Part shown: piece by piece, positions 50,264 through 63,553 of the stretch
Position numbering within the stretch: position 1 is the stretch's first letter
How the letters are laid out: every line of letters begins with the position of its first letter
Source: Nemertoderma westbladi
Lineage: Eukaryota; Animalia; Xenacoelomorpha
Length of the DNA stretch: 64,000 nucleotides
NCBI GenBank assembly: GCA_032718475.1
Contig: JAUCBJ010006460.1
Span: 2,639 to 66,638, forward strand
Direction: 5' to 3'
Made by a program: the position numbers and the translations under genes
Notes under the pieces: model-generated
Told to the model about the DNA's origin: nothing
Seen by the model: only the letters and a program-made list of their open reading frames with translations
The model's database searches: none

Positions 50264-51875
50264 TGTAAGCGGATACAATTCCGCCTCATTACCCTCATAA
50301 AATGGGATAGTGGCATTTTCAGCAATATGTTGGAGATACGAGATTAGCAATAATTAATCTCGTATCACAACCAACATTCGGAGGGGGACAGTACAAACCC
50401 CGAAGCCACACACAAAGGAAGGTTAGAGGTCAAACCACCTCAGAGGGGACACAGCTAGCAGTGGCTAGCAACAGAGGGGAAACACTCCCAGAGAGTGGAA
50501 GGGTGAGAAGTAGGTTGTTAGCCAATAAGGGCAAAGGAGAGCATCCACTAGGTAGCAGGCCAAGGTAGCGTAGGAGTGAAGTAATCATATATTATCTCCT
50601 ACATACCGGTTTGTCATTCAGTTTACCCAGTTACCAGTTTCAGTGCAGACCGGCTATATTGTCTTACCGTCACCAAGTGCTGTTATATGCTGTCATCATA
50701 TATTACCATTACCGGTGTGTCATTAATAACATATTCAGTCATCAACTGTGCTATTATTACACATATATATCGGAACGCAAGGAACATCAAACTCTAAACA
50801 TTTTTCTCCAACGGCCTGAGCTAAGTTACCTGATATCACCAGCCTACGGTGACACGTACAAACATTAACCCGGTCGGGATCCCTGATCCCGTCACAGTAA
50901 GACAATACCAACAACCACTAAACTGTGACTGCCAGAAAGTAGCAAAGAGAGATGAGCGATAGAGAGCCCCGAGAAACAGAGGGAGAGTGGACGCGGCCGC
51001 GGACCCCGGACGACACCAACCAAACGATCCGCGAGGCCGCGACGCGACGGTATCGACCTGTGACGCCGGATTCCCCGACGAGGGACGATCCGGTACCCCA
51101 AGCGGAGGGCGGCCGTCAACCACGAGAGAGGGACGAGTCAACGCACGATGGCGGTCGGAGTACCGAAGTCGCCGGCCAGTAACAGGCTGAGGGCGACGGA
51201 TGGCCCACCGGAATGGCGATGGTGGGGCCGCCGGTACGACGCTGAACTAGGAGAGGAGGAGGAGATGTCGCCGAAGAGGACATCGGAACGAGCGATTGGC
51301 TACGACGGGCCTACAACACCACGAAGAAACTATTGAAGGTGGCCAGAGAGGGGGGAAAGGTAAACCAGCCTAAGTTACACCAACGGCTAGGTGAGTCGAA
51401 CAAATATTTTCGGATTCTGCAGGGAGAACTGGCGAGTGAGAGAGCGAGGGGGGTCGCCACCGAACTATTCGAACTGTGGCGATCCGGGGTTAAGGAGCCT
51501 GAAGTAGTGTACGTAGGGCCGTACTTAGTGGATGCCAGGGGAATTAAGTTAGTGGGTTGGGCGGATCCGCACGAGGGCGAACCCGAGGTTAACCCCGGGG
51601 ATTCGGTCTCGTCGGTTAGCAAGAAACCCAGAAAACGGGGGAAAGTTACTAGGACAGAGTGGCGACGGGAGTCTGTCGCGACCGATAAGTCCACTACATC
51701 CTCTGCAAAAGCAAGAAGGGTGTTAGAGATAGATCTGGCGTGTCAACTAGACATGGTGGCGCTAGACCAGAAAGAATTAGAGAGGCAGTTGGATGAGGGA
51801 ACTGCGTTGTTAGAGAAAGAGAGAGAGTTGGCGAGGGAGTGTAGAGAGAGGGCCGAGAGGGTGGCGAGGTTGGTA
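50264..51875 (+). mobile_element. Second LTR family: 5' LTR (50264-50896) plus truncated gag-like ORF
   Basis: TGTAAG...GTCACA; ORF from 50952 homologous to 26847 onward; homology ends at ~51875. Confidence 0.8.
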
Positions 51876-52416
51876 GCGTGGGTAGGAAATACGTGTAGGA
51901 ATATGAATCATTGGGTTGTGCATAATAATAATAATCAATAATTATAATAAAAACCTTACAGTATAATAGCAATGTTACGCATCAATATGGCACAGATGCG
52001 GTAGGGTTAGGTTGAGTAACTATGAAAATGTGACAACGTGTATGTGTACGCATAGCAGGATTTCAAGTCTCATATAACACTCACACTGGTGTTGGTTGGT
52101 AACAGCAGTCGAGTAACGGGGTAAATCGATGAGTTGGCAATGAATATAATAGCATAGCGCGGTATATGCGTGTGTGTGGGAGAGGTCCACGACTGACTAT
52201 CGTAAAGATGAGGGAATACTATATTAGTTCGACATCGTCGCCGTCGTTGTTGTCATGGTAGCGAGGCGAAAGGGAGAGTAACCGGGGCTAGGCATGCATC
52301 GCGAGGTTAGGCTACGCGTAGTTGAATATTGATCATTGGTTGATGCAACGATGCGAATCAATGGTGGTGGCAGATGGTCATTAAAATCTGTCAAAATTGT
52401 GGATTTCTAGTTTGGT

Positions 52417-54483
52417 ATGGTAGCCTACCTTCGCCGAGAGGTGAGTCAGGATAAATTTGAGACGGCCTTTGTGACTTCTAGATCAAAGACAATGCCGGTC
52501 AAATACATGACTGTCCCTCGTGCAGAGTTGCAGGCAGCAGTAGTATCGGTTGAGGTAAGTAAACAAATAATAGAGGAGTTAGACACAACCTTAACATTAT
52601 TCTATTGGATGGACGCATCTTTAGTGCTAGTGTATATTGCAGCTGACAATATTGCACTAAAGACATTTGTAGGCAACAGACGTGATACCAAACCCAAGGG
52701 TTTGATTGGCCATTGATGAACATTGGCCAGAGCGACTGAAGATTGTTACCAATCCGATGCCGATAGACGTAGAGGTCAAGTTGGATAAGGTTTCCAAGTC
52801 TAAGTCGAAAGCCAAACAAGAATCATTGGAGCGGCCTGAAGAATCATTGGAGCGGCCTGAAGAATCACTGGAGCGGCCTGAAGAATCATTGACGCGACCT
52901 GAAGAATCATTGGAGTGGCCCGGAGACTTGTCGGACCAAGAGACATATGTGACTACAAGGTCAGAAGGGTAAGTTATGACATAAAACCACCCTTACCGAC
53001 TGCGCCAGGGTCACAGTTTGTAAGTGACGGACAGCAAATAGCCACCAAGATGGAGCCTTCGGTTTCCAAATCTGCGGGTTTGGATTCGAAGATTCCATTG
53101 GCTAGTGCGCAACCGTCACCAGCATTAGAGCCACGTAGTATTTATGACAAATTGTTAAACTTATCCACCTCTTGGCTGACAATTTGTAAAAGAACTGCAT
53201 GGTTGAGCCGATATGTTTCGTTTCTTTGTTTAAAATATACAAAACATTTAGGAGATCAAACAAGCACCAATAGTGAGCGAATTCGGAGGTTGAAACAACC
53301 CCTGACAGGGGCTGAGATCGATCAAGCAGAATTAAAACATTTGATACATTATCAAATGTGTGCCTTCTCAAAAGAATTCTATCTGTTATCGGCTGAACGA
53401 CCAGTTCTTCATAAACCCCTCAAAAATGGAGTCCATTAATACATAAGGGTTTGATTTGTCATAGATCAAGAATCCAGACTGTCGACATAAACTCACAGTT
53501 TAGGCTTCCCAGTTATAATCCCTAGTCACCCAATAGAATTGTAAAGAGTGATTCTATGGGATATACAATATATAAGAGGTTACATCACGCGGGAAGGTTA
53601 CACTGCTTGTCGGCAGCGAGACAGCGATTTTTTATGTTGCAGCCAAGCAAGGCAGTAGGTGCAATGTACGACGCCTGTCTGGTTTGCAAGAGAGTAAACG
53701 CTAGAGTATTGGAACAGGAAATGGCTCAACTCCGAAAGGCGAGAGTACAGGCATATGATCCACCCTTCACAAACACGGGAGTGGATTGTTTTGGCCCGAA
53801 TGAGGCAAAGAGTGGGCGACTGACCCACAAGAGGTGGGGCCAGAAAGTACCTGGAGAGGGGGAAGTTGGGAGCATCTTGTTCGCTCCATAAAACAGGCAT
53901 TGGCTAAAACAATGCCTGTGAATAAACAACTGACAGACGATGAGTTGGTAACAGCTTTCTTTGAAATCGAGCATACCTTAAACTAGAGGCCGATAGCTAT
54001 GTTACCCGACAGTGTTACGTTGACACCAAATCATCTGCTCATGCAGAGTCCGGCATTTCTTGTACCAGCATCAGAGCCCATTAGTAGCGACTTATATAGT
54101 TGGAAAAGCTGGAAGATAACCCAGTTTATAGCGTACACATTCTGGGAATATTGGCGGGAATATTACCTTCCTACAATATCCACCAGATCAAAGTGGCACA
54201 GAACAGTTCGGAGCCTCCAAAAGGGAGACTACACTATATAACCGAACCAATAGTGAAGAGAAAATACTGGGAAACCGGCATAATCTTGCACATACACCCG
54301 GATGTACAGAATGTAGTACGCACTCTCACAGTTAAAATAAGGTGCAAGTGTCCAAACAAGAAAAAGTGTAAAACCAAGGGTTTACACACCTTGGACAGAC
54401 CGGTCCAGGATATTGTGTTATTAGAGGAAACACGCATCGAGACAGGAGACTATAATTTGTCTTCTGCCTCGAAACAAAATTAG
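52417..54483 (+). pseudogene. BEL/Pao pol remnant of element D (RNase H to integrase); integrase core deleted
   Basis: TVPRAELQAAV, FYWMDAS, GVDCFGP; jumps from HKRWG to the PE.PWRGGSWE region; 21-bp EESLERP repeats at ~52818-52920; C-terminus nearly identical to A. Confidence 0.9.
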
Positions 54484-55251
54484 TGTCAGAACGCAAATTC
54501 ACTTCGTATGCATTCCTCGTATGCAAATACTCGGAAATGCATAGGAGCGGGTTTGTGTTGAATTGTGTTGAGAATTTTTCTGGTGGGTATCAAAACAAAA
54601 ATTAAAATTTTTTCATAAAGTTTGGAAAATTAAAATTTTAAAATTTACAAGTGAACCCAAGACAATTCCAAACGCTAAAATAGACGCGTTCAAGGACCTG
54701 TCTATAAGTATACAGTAATTTGAAAGTCGTGAAAGCCTGGAAGATAGTATCTAGACACCATGGTTACGGCTAATATATGTAGAAGTGTAAATTGAGTTCA
54801 GTAGCTTCCACAGATTGGTGCCAACAGTACAACAACCAAGGAGCTAAAGGTTAGTAGCGCCAGGGGCGTACACAGACCCCACTCAGTACTTCGCAGTGGA
54901 GAGAGGTGTTCGATAATGCGGGTTTGGTATAGTCGAGCACCCCAGTTAATGTCCGTTCTAACTACTGTAGTCTAGTACAAGTATTGGAGAGTAGTTTGGG
55001 CATCAAAAATTGAGTCAGTAACGGCCAGTTTACCTCCGAAGTTTTACGCTATGCATGGGAATAGGTTAGAAGGTAGTTTAAGAATGAGACGATATCTAGA
55101 AAGCCGAACCTGAACTGCTGGAAGGTAGCTCAGGATTTCGATCCCTCCGTACTATCTAACTGATCCACCCACAGTGTAACTAGCTTATGTAATGGATTAT
55201 TTGGATAAATATATATATACATATAATATATGCGTAAAGGAATGAGTAATA

Positions 55252-58200
55252 ATGACGAGTAAAGATATCACTGCAGAACCGAGGAGAGGTTGGACCGCTA
55301 AAGAGGAAGCGGGCTTACTGTTTGCCCGTCATGGTTGTAAGGATTCAAATGTGTATTACCACGGACGATCCGTGATAGATTTGAATACTAACTTAAAATT
55401 GAATTATCATAAAGGATTAAGGAGGGAAAGAATGATGGCGTTGGAGGACCGAATGGAGGTGTTGCGTCGAGAATACCGAACCAAATTCCCCTACGACTTC
55501 GCCATTGATGTGAGCGATGTAAGTGCAGATCCCAACGAGGAGATAGTGCGACTATACCATATGAATATGTATTTATCGCACGACAAACCTCTACCTGCCG
55601 TTAGAGATCAATTTGACGGAATGCATCTTTACCAAAGAACCCGAGGCGAAGATGAGGAGACGCCAAGGGTTTTCAGCATATATAAGTTGTTCTACAAATG
55701 CAGCGAATGTATGAATAAACAAGATGCATCCATCCCAGATTGTCTAAACGAGCTGAATCCCGAACCAGTATTAACGTGGTGCAAGGCTCACCAGTTTCTT
55801 AGGAACAACGAAGGAGGTTACCCAATGAGTAATCCGATGATCAGCATTGATTTTAGCGGAAAGAAACCTCCGAGACCTGTTACGCCGACCGTTACGACTT
55901 TGGATCCGTACACGGAGATTAAACTTCGTACGACTCCTGCTTTGATAGAAATGGCAGTGGCCATTTCGGTCTACCGAGCATATAAAGACCTGAAGGCGTG
56001 GCTCGAAGCAACACGGGACTCGAGCACCAAACCCGCGGGTTTGCAACTCTCGAGTCCCTGGTCCACAATCACTTTGCCACATCTGGAAAATAAGCTCATG
56101 CCTGAGCACCAGGACGAGATAGACATGTTGCGACAGGAAGAGCGAGCGGCAAAGGCGAAACAACTATTCATAGAACGCATAGCTGAGTATAATAAGACTG
56201 TGGATAAACACCAGGAAGAGATGAGAAGAGTTACTGGATTTGTTTCACAGGCTGTATCTCAACCTAGACCAGTGTATTATTCCAGTGATAACAAAGCTGC
56301 GATATTGGTAGATCATCCAGAGGCGCGAGAAGCTATTCGATTCTTGCCGATGGTGACGTTGGCGGATAATGGGAACGTCGACTGCTTGAGGGAAGCCTTA
56401 TGCGCGAAGTTCCGATGCAGATAACGGACTACGACACATTGGATAAGATTGGAGCTCCGGGGAATTATTTGGTTGGCTAGACAAATACATAAAGGTATGG
56501 GTCGCGGTGGCTACGTTCCCAGACTACGAGGATGTAGACCAGGCGTGGTTGAGGAGGAAGGGTTCCTATACCCAATACGACGACCCCAAGGCTATTGAGC
56601 ACATGTGGACCCCATCTGACGAGATACAGCGTCAATGGAGGAAGACGGAGGAATCTTTGGAGGATTGGCGCCTGATGTTTTACGACAACGAGGGAGGGTC
56701 TCATCAGGAATGCTTGACCAGCAAATGTATTCAAGTTTGAGGGGCCGATGGCATGACCCACTTGTTTATACGCGTGAGGGCGGACCAGGATAGACCAGAG
56801 CCCATTATAATGATGCAATATAGGCACGGGAAGGATCCCCAATAGCAAATCTTAGAGGTATGTAGATGAGGGGGTATGCATGGAGTGGAGCGGATTGACG
56901 CTAGGATGTTACCCAAGAAGGTTATGGAGGTCAACCTTAACCAAGAATATGTCAAGGTGGGATCAGGTGTCCAGAGTGATCTAGAGAGTGAATTCAACGC
57001 TATGGCAGACCTGGAGGATCAATTGCCAAGACCATTCGTTGACACTAAACTATTATTGCTATGGGCGCAGGACATTGGGATTTATAGGGAGTACCCCAAT
57101 TCTGTTGAGACTGGTATGGGTTTTATAGAGCACCTATTATATAATTGGGACTTCAAGTTATAGATGCAAAAGAAATACGAGGAGGCGTACGGTGAATATA
57201 ACAACGCGCCGGGAGCTGAATTCAAATCCCATTGAAGCGGCAAGCGTTGGTATATTGGAACATCTGCGCACCACCCCGTGCTTCATTGCAATATTATTTG
57301 GTGTTGCAGTCAAACACGGTAACTTGCCTAATTATGGACATAGTCGCGAGAGTTTTGAAGCGCCATCCGTTGGTATTTGGAGGAAAACAATACATCAGAT
57401 CGAAGGGGGGAATTCAGTCTGACGTGATGAAGCGTTTCTTAACCCCATTCTTCAACCAATCGTTGGATAATACATCGATGGTCAGAAGGGGATTGGTGAT
57501 ATTTGAAGGAGTATACCGACAGAACATTGGAGACTTGGGAGATCGACCTTCCATGGAGTATCCGATGCCAGAGGCATTGGAGAAGTGGTTCGGGAACCAA
57601 ACCCGCGGATTTGGTACTCCCGTCCACTTGGATGCAGACAGACCCGTTATAGAGAGGAAGGGAGAGGGTTGGCCTGAGACGTTAGTAGAGGTGTTCGGAA
57701 TGGATCTTCCGGTGGAGAAGACATATCCTAAACGGACGCGAGAGGAAATATTAGAGATCGAAAACAAAGGCGATGATGTTTACTTTGTTCCAGATCAGCA
57801 ACCCTTAACCATAGAAGATTACATTGTTCTAGATATTGGGAAGGAAGGAAGCGCGAAACCAATTGGAGACCTCATATATGAGAGGGCTTGGTTCCCGCAA
57901 GCACATAGATATAAGTTGTGCGGTAGCACAAGACACAGTCAGAAGACGTGTGACGCTGTGGTAGAAGCAGTACACAAGGTTTGCCGTTGGTGTAATCAGA
58001 CTGACCATTCATTCTATACCTGTACCGTCTTCATTTCTCAGTGTGGATATTGTGGGGTGAAGGGACACCGTAGTTCGAAGAGTCAGCTTCGTGACGACGC
58101 CTTTCAGAACCATAGCGCTAACTTACTTTGAGAGATGTTAGATAAGTGGGAAGACGCGGCGGATTACTATATTCAGGGCCAGATGAGGTGGCTGCCGTTT

Positions 58201-58961
58201 AAGGCGGGCTATGGATTCTGGATGGTGGATCCTTCACATGTGGCGTACGAGCCCTACCTACAATCGCTACCCCAGTACCAAGAATTAATGTTAACTGCGC
58301 AAGACCTTCCACGGAACACTGGAGTTGTGACTCCGGACTCCTGGTGATACTTCAGACAACTTAATATGGAAAATAAATATACTTGGATCTTTATTGCTAT
58401 TTGTGACAAGATCAGAAATGGGATAATCTCTAAAACAAGGAAAGTGGTGCGCGCGCGGGGCGATTGGAGGATGGCGGCCATCCAATACAGGAACGAATTT
58501 CTGTTGACCCACATTCGTTATTAGGGTCATTGACCGCCAAATGGATACCGGAGCAGTGGGCTAACGCGCCCACTGCAACGACAGTTGGAGCTCATAGCTC
58601 ACGGCAAGGAGCTGATGGAGTGATCCTCAGTAAACGCCAAGTGAATGACGCTCAATACCACAAAATCACCGATGCTCAGCGGCTGCAACGCAAAGCGCAG
58701 AGGACATCCGAAAGGGCGCGCATTCAATTACAGAAGGAGGAGTTGGCAGAGGCGCCCGCAGCGACGCGGCAAATGGGGCGAGGCCGAGGAAGGAGCGTCA
58801 GTCGAGAACTAGTTAGCACTCAGGGATCATCCTCATCACCGGTCCCAGGAAGCGACGCCTCAAGAACGCCATCATTGGAATCTACTGGGGGCAGACTAGT
58901 GTATCTGGGAAGGGGACTAAAGAGAGAAGCGAGCCCGAGAGACCCAGGAGCCAGCCAGTGA
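55252..58961 (+). pseudogene. Accessory exonuclease / zinc-knuckle ORF of element D, multiple stops and indels
   Basis: Colinear along its whole length with 7195-10900 (MFYDNEGGSHQEC, YVKVGSGVQSDL, CRWCNQTDHSFYTC). Confidence 0.88.
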
Positions 58962-59010
58962 TGCTACATAACATCAAGGAGCGACAAACTATAAATATAT
59001 ACATCATCGT

Positions 59011-59651
59011 TGTGATGGGATCGACGGATCAATCCCGACCGGAGTAGTTGTTTCGTACGCGTCGTCAAGCTGGTATAGGATGTTATAGGATGAGCTGATA
59101 TCGAAAATGGATATTGCCTTTCGCCGTGATGTATAATAATATAAGAGTTAATGTGTGATAGCGTAAGAGTTGTATAATAGCACAAGGTTGAATAGGTTGA
59201 ATACACTGAATAATGATGACACACCAGTGACAACGGTAAAACAATGTCCTCCTTCTGCACTGAGACCGGTAACTGACTAACTAAACTGAATATACTGGCA
59301 CGTGGGTAGTTAATATATATAACACACCAGTATAGCTGTGTCCTACATTACTATAGCCCTTACTTAGCGGATGCAGTTTCCTTGTCCCCTATTGGTTGTT
59401 ATCCCACTTCTCGCCTCCACCTCTGTGGGAGTGCTTCCCCCCCCCCCCCCCCCGCTACTGTTACTTTCCCTCTCCCAAGAGGTTTAACCTCTGACCTCCT
59501 TTGTGTGTGGCTCTTTGGGGCCGTGTGTTGTCCCCATTATTGGGGGTGATACGAGGTTGATTGTAATCAACCTCGTACTCCCCAATATTGCTTAAAGGCG
59601 CCACTTCCCAACTTTATGGGGGTTGGTGAGGCGGAATTGAATCCACTCACA
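59011..59651 (-). mobile_element. Solo LTR of the second LTR family in the 3' UTR of D
   Basis: TGTGA...TCACA termini; 5-bp TSD ATCGT (59006-59010, 59652-59656); element A shows the empty site CATCATCGTCGCTCTG. Confidence 0.93.
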
Positions 59652-59969
59652 ATCGTCGCTCTGATGTATATTGTAGGCTTTAATTATATATCCGACTGGA
59701 CTCATATACACACATAATCGTATTTGTTCTAAAATTTATTGAAGGATGAAAGCGGATGGAGGCGAAGGAGGTGATTGGAGAGACAAACCTGCGGGTTTGG
59801 CTTACTCCTTTCACCTACCCAAGCGATCACCAATTGAAGGGTGATTGCGTTTATTATACATTAAGTAAAGTGTCCGAAATGAAAGAAATTATTACGTAAT
59901 TTTATATTTAGTTGATTATCGGCCTTTACAATAATTACATTAATATTTAGTTAACCGAATTAGCCTTAA

Positions 59970-61551
59970 CCCTATTAGTACCGGGCTATAAAATGTTGTA
60001 CAAATACCGGGGGGGGGGGGGGGGGGTCATATTGACCCCACCCCCCCCACCCCCCCCCCTCTAAAATCTACAAATATTTACGAAAACGTCTGATTTTTTT
60101 GTTTGTACGTAGGTATCACTTGTCTGGATCCGACCGAAAAAAAAATTTTCGAAAAAATGTACTGGGGTGGTTATATTGCAGCACCAAAATTACAAGTAGT
60201 GCACAATTTTCACAAAATTTGAAAGTTACATTTTCGGCTAATTATTTTTCAATACAGGTTTTCTGGGGTGCAAAATACATTGGAAAATATTTAAAAATGA
60301 TATGATTACTATAAATGGCTGTTTAGTCCTCTCTGCGTAGGAAAAAAATGAAAAAAACAAGTAACCAGCACTTTTCAGTTAGAACACAAAATTTTTAATT
60401 CACTTATACGATGCTATAAATTCACATTTTCAGGTTTTCGAGGGCGCTGATTCTAATGGAATACATTTCTAATATGCCAGATCATTGCTACTTGTATTTT
60501 TCGGCGTAATTTGGCAAATTTTGGTGCTAGCACCAAATTTCGTACCCATCACCAAAAAGTACAAGTTTGCGATGTCCAGTGCTGTTTTTATTGATTCCAT
60601 CGGATTCAGGACCCTCATAAACCCGTATAACGCAAGAAACAAGGTGATACTATCTACTTATCAATTTGCATATTTTCCAAAATTTGGTGCTGGCACAACA
60701 ATTTTCACCCACCGGCGAAAAATACAAGTTTGAGAACTCTTATGAAATTTTTACTGATTCCATTGAATTCAGAACCATCACAAACCCGTATAACGCAAGA
60801 AACAAGGTGACACAATCAATTGATATATTTGATGGTTTTCAAAATTTGGTGCTAGCACCACATTTTGCACCCACATCCGAAAAATACAAGTTTGAGATGT
60901 CTAGTTCGATAATTATATTTTCCATTGAATTCAGAACAGCCATAAACCTCTAAAACGCAAGAAATAAATTGTCACAAGCAATTTTATCTATTGAATGGAT
61001 TTTCAAAATTTCGTGCTAGCACCAAAATTTGCACACAGCACCGAAAAATACAAGTTTGATACGCTTGGTGCAACTCGTATATATTTCATCGAATCCAGAA
61101 CCCCAAAAAACCCCAATTGCGTAAAAAACAAGTTTCAAACAATCAATTTACAAAATTGACTTATTTCAAAATTTGGTGCTGGCACCAAAATTTGGCACCC
61201 ACCGAAAAAAACAAGTTTGAAATTTCTAAATCAATTTATATGAATTCCATCCAATTTCTAACACCAAAAAACCGGTGTAAATCAAAAATAGAGATGTTAC
61301 AATTCATATTTAATGAAATGTAATTTTCAAAAAACGTCTCAAAAAAAGTGCCAAAAGTAGGGTTAAAAAATGGTGCTATAACTCGAAAAGTACCCAATAT
61401 TTTTGAAAACGGTTTTCACTACTAGGAAGACAATAGATTTTTAGGAAAAGTCATAAAATTTCAGATTCCCAACTGCGTTTGTTTCAGAATTATAATAAAA
61501 AAACCACGGGGGGGGTCATATTGACCCCCCCCCCCCCCGGGTTTAATAGGG
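59970..61551 (+). mobile_element. piggyBac-like TTAA MITE, copy 3 (full length)
   Basis: TTAA|CCCTATTAGTACCGGG...CCGGGTTTAATAGGG|TTAA. Confidence 0.92.
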
Positions 61552-61831
61552 TTAATAGATTGTTAATTTGTAAATACATGATAGAAGGTATATTTTTTGT
61601 AATTTAATTTGTATTAATTTGTATGTAGTAATCATTATGCAATAACAGTAGCAATATTTTGTATTAATTTGTATGTAGTAATCATTATGCAATATAAATG
61701 GCAATATTTGTACGTAATTATTATAGAACCGAGTTATTTGATTTATTTGAAAGTAAATTTATTTTTTTATTTCACATCGCCCTATTTCTTCTACAATTGG
61801 AGGGAAGGATTACTTGTTTCCCTTGAACAGG

Positions 61832-61983
61832 TGTTACGATATATGGCGCTGTGTACTAGAACAGCCCATTATACAGTATAGAGCGATTAGATAAGTTATA
61901 TCGATGTACAGCATTCATTAGATGGGGAAAATAAACTACACGAGTTTATATTATTCATCCGATTTTGTACAGTATGTAGTCTT
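61832..61983 (+). repeat. Start of the 3' LTR of element D, cut by the RTE
   Basis: CTACAATTGGAGGGAA...TTTCCCTTGAACAGG|TGTTACGATATATGGC matches the purine-tract/LTR junction of A. Confidence 0.7.
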
Positions 61984-63212
61984 ACATATGGAAATCAATC
62001 AATCTGCTTACTGGGCGGAAAAGCCAACCAACCACCAAGGTTAAGGCTGAATCACCAGCCGATCGCCTCAATGGTTGGAAAGCCCACTTTGAAAAGCTCC
62101 TCAATAATGACAGGGTATTGCCTGATAACTTTATAGAAATAAAAGTGTCTGAGTCTGTACTCCCAGATATTCCCATTGGCGATATCTCCTTTGCAGAAGT
62201 GAAGGCTGCTGCAAAGAGCATTAAGACCAATCGTGCCTGTGGAGTAGATGGTATTCCCCCTGAGGTCTTTAAAATACCTGAGTGTTTAAAGCTCATCTAT
62301 CCCATCATAGTAGACATGTACCGAACAACACGAGTCCCACAAGAAATGAAGACAAATAAGTTGGTGCCAGTTCCCAAGAAGGGCAACCTAACACTCTATG
62401 GTTCTTTTCGGGGAATCTCATTGATCTCGATTGCTGCAAAGCTATACAATAGGATCCTATTAAATCGCATCAGGGATCCCATTGAGAGGCTGCTCCGTGG
62501 AAATCAGAATGGGTTCCGTAAAGGTCGTGGGACCATGGAGCCCATTTTGGCACTTAGAAGGATAATTGAAGAGTTATCAAAAAAGAAAGACAGGCATCTG
62601 GCTGTTATCTTTGTTGACTTCTTCAAGGCCTTTGATTCAGTCTCTCGCTCACGTATGTTCAGCATACTTTCATTATATGGGATTCCTGATGAAATTATTG
62701 CAGCAATCAGATCAGTATACGATGGTTCGACAACATTTGTGTCTACTGTTGACGGTGACACAGAACCATTTGAAGTGTTATGGGGTGTCCTCCAAGGGGA
62801 CACACTTGCACCATTCTTGTTCATAATTGTGGTTGACTATGTTCTACGCATGTCCTTAGATCATTATAATGATGATGGGGTGATGATAACTCCACCTACT
62901 GGCTCCAGAAGTCGAGGAAATCCTGCCAAGTACCTAACTGATCTAGACTTTGCTGATGACTTAGGAGTACTCTCAGAATCATTAGAGGGAGCCCAACGGC
63001 TCCTCAGCTCATTAGAACATGCTGCTTCTAGTGTTGGTCTTTTTATTAACTCCAGAAAGACCAAAATTCTGACAGTTAACTGTAAAAGTCCTCAGCAAGT
63101 CTCTGATCGGATGAGCATAAGCTCAAAGGATGGTATGCTTGAGCATGTGGACGACTTCTGTTACCTGGGATCATGGATCCGGAAGTCAGGTGAGGACCTT
63201 CGAATACGTAAG
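61984..63212 (+). mobile_element. RTE-clade LINE fragment (RT ORF 62118-63215), truncated at both ends
   Basis: KTNRACGVDGIPPE, VPVPKKGNL, FRGISL, FVDFFKAFDS, QGDTLAP, FADD, YLGS. Confidence 0.92.
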
Positions 63213-63553
63213 TAGTAGGGGTTTGCTCACTCATCGGCGACAGTTAGACCTACACTGACACCCATTGGGTGTCATATGACACCCAATTATCAGCCTATGG
63301 GTGTCATTGGGTGTCATTGGCGCCAGACTGTCTGGGTGACACCTCCTAATTAGGCTAATTAGATCCTAATTGACAGGTGGCATCAATTAATTAGTATAAT
63401 TAAACCCTAACAGGTGTCATATGACTCCTAATTAGGGTTTAATTGATTATCCTAATTATTCAGACTGATTAGCGCCCTGACACACAATGGGTCATCAGTG
63501 AGGTCCAAGTGTCGCAGAAAGGAGCAAAGGGTGTCATAAGTGACACCGCGGCT
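63211..63553. repeat. Palindrome-rich terminus of an unidentified element
   Basis: Begins AGTAGTAGGGG where the RTE breaks; many GGTGTCA/TGACACC motifs; imperfect inverted repeat 63221-63258 versus 63495-63528. Confidence 0.5.

Noticed and set aside
60485-61323. Short ORFs repeated in the three MITE copies (e.g. MRKKQVSNNQF...)
   Set aside because: Non-ATG starts, no domain motifs; identity reflects recent MITE copying.
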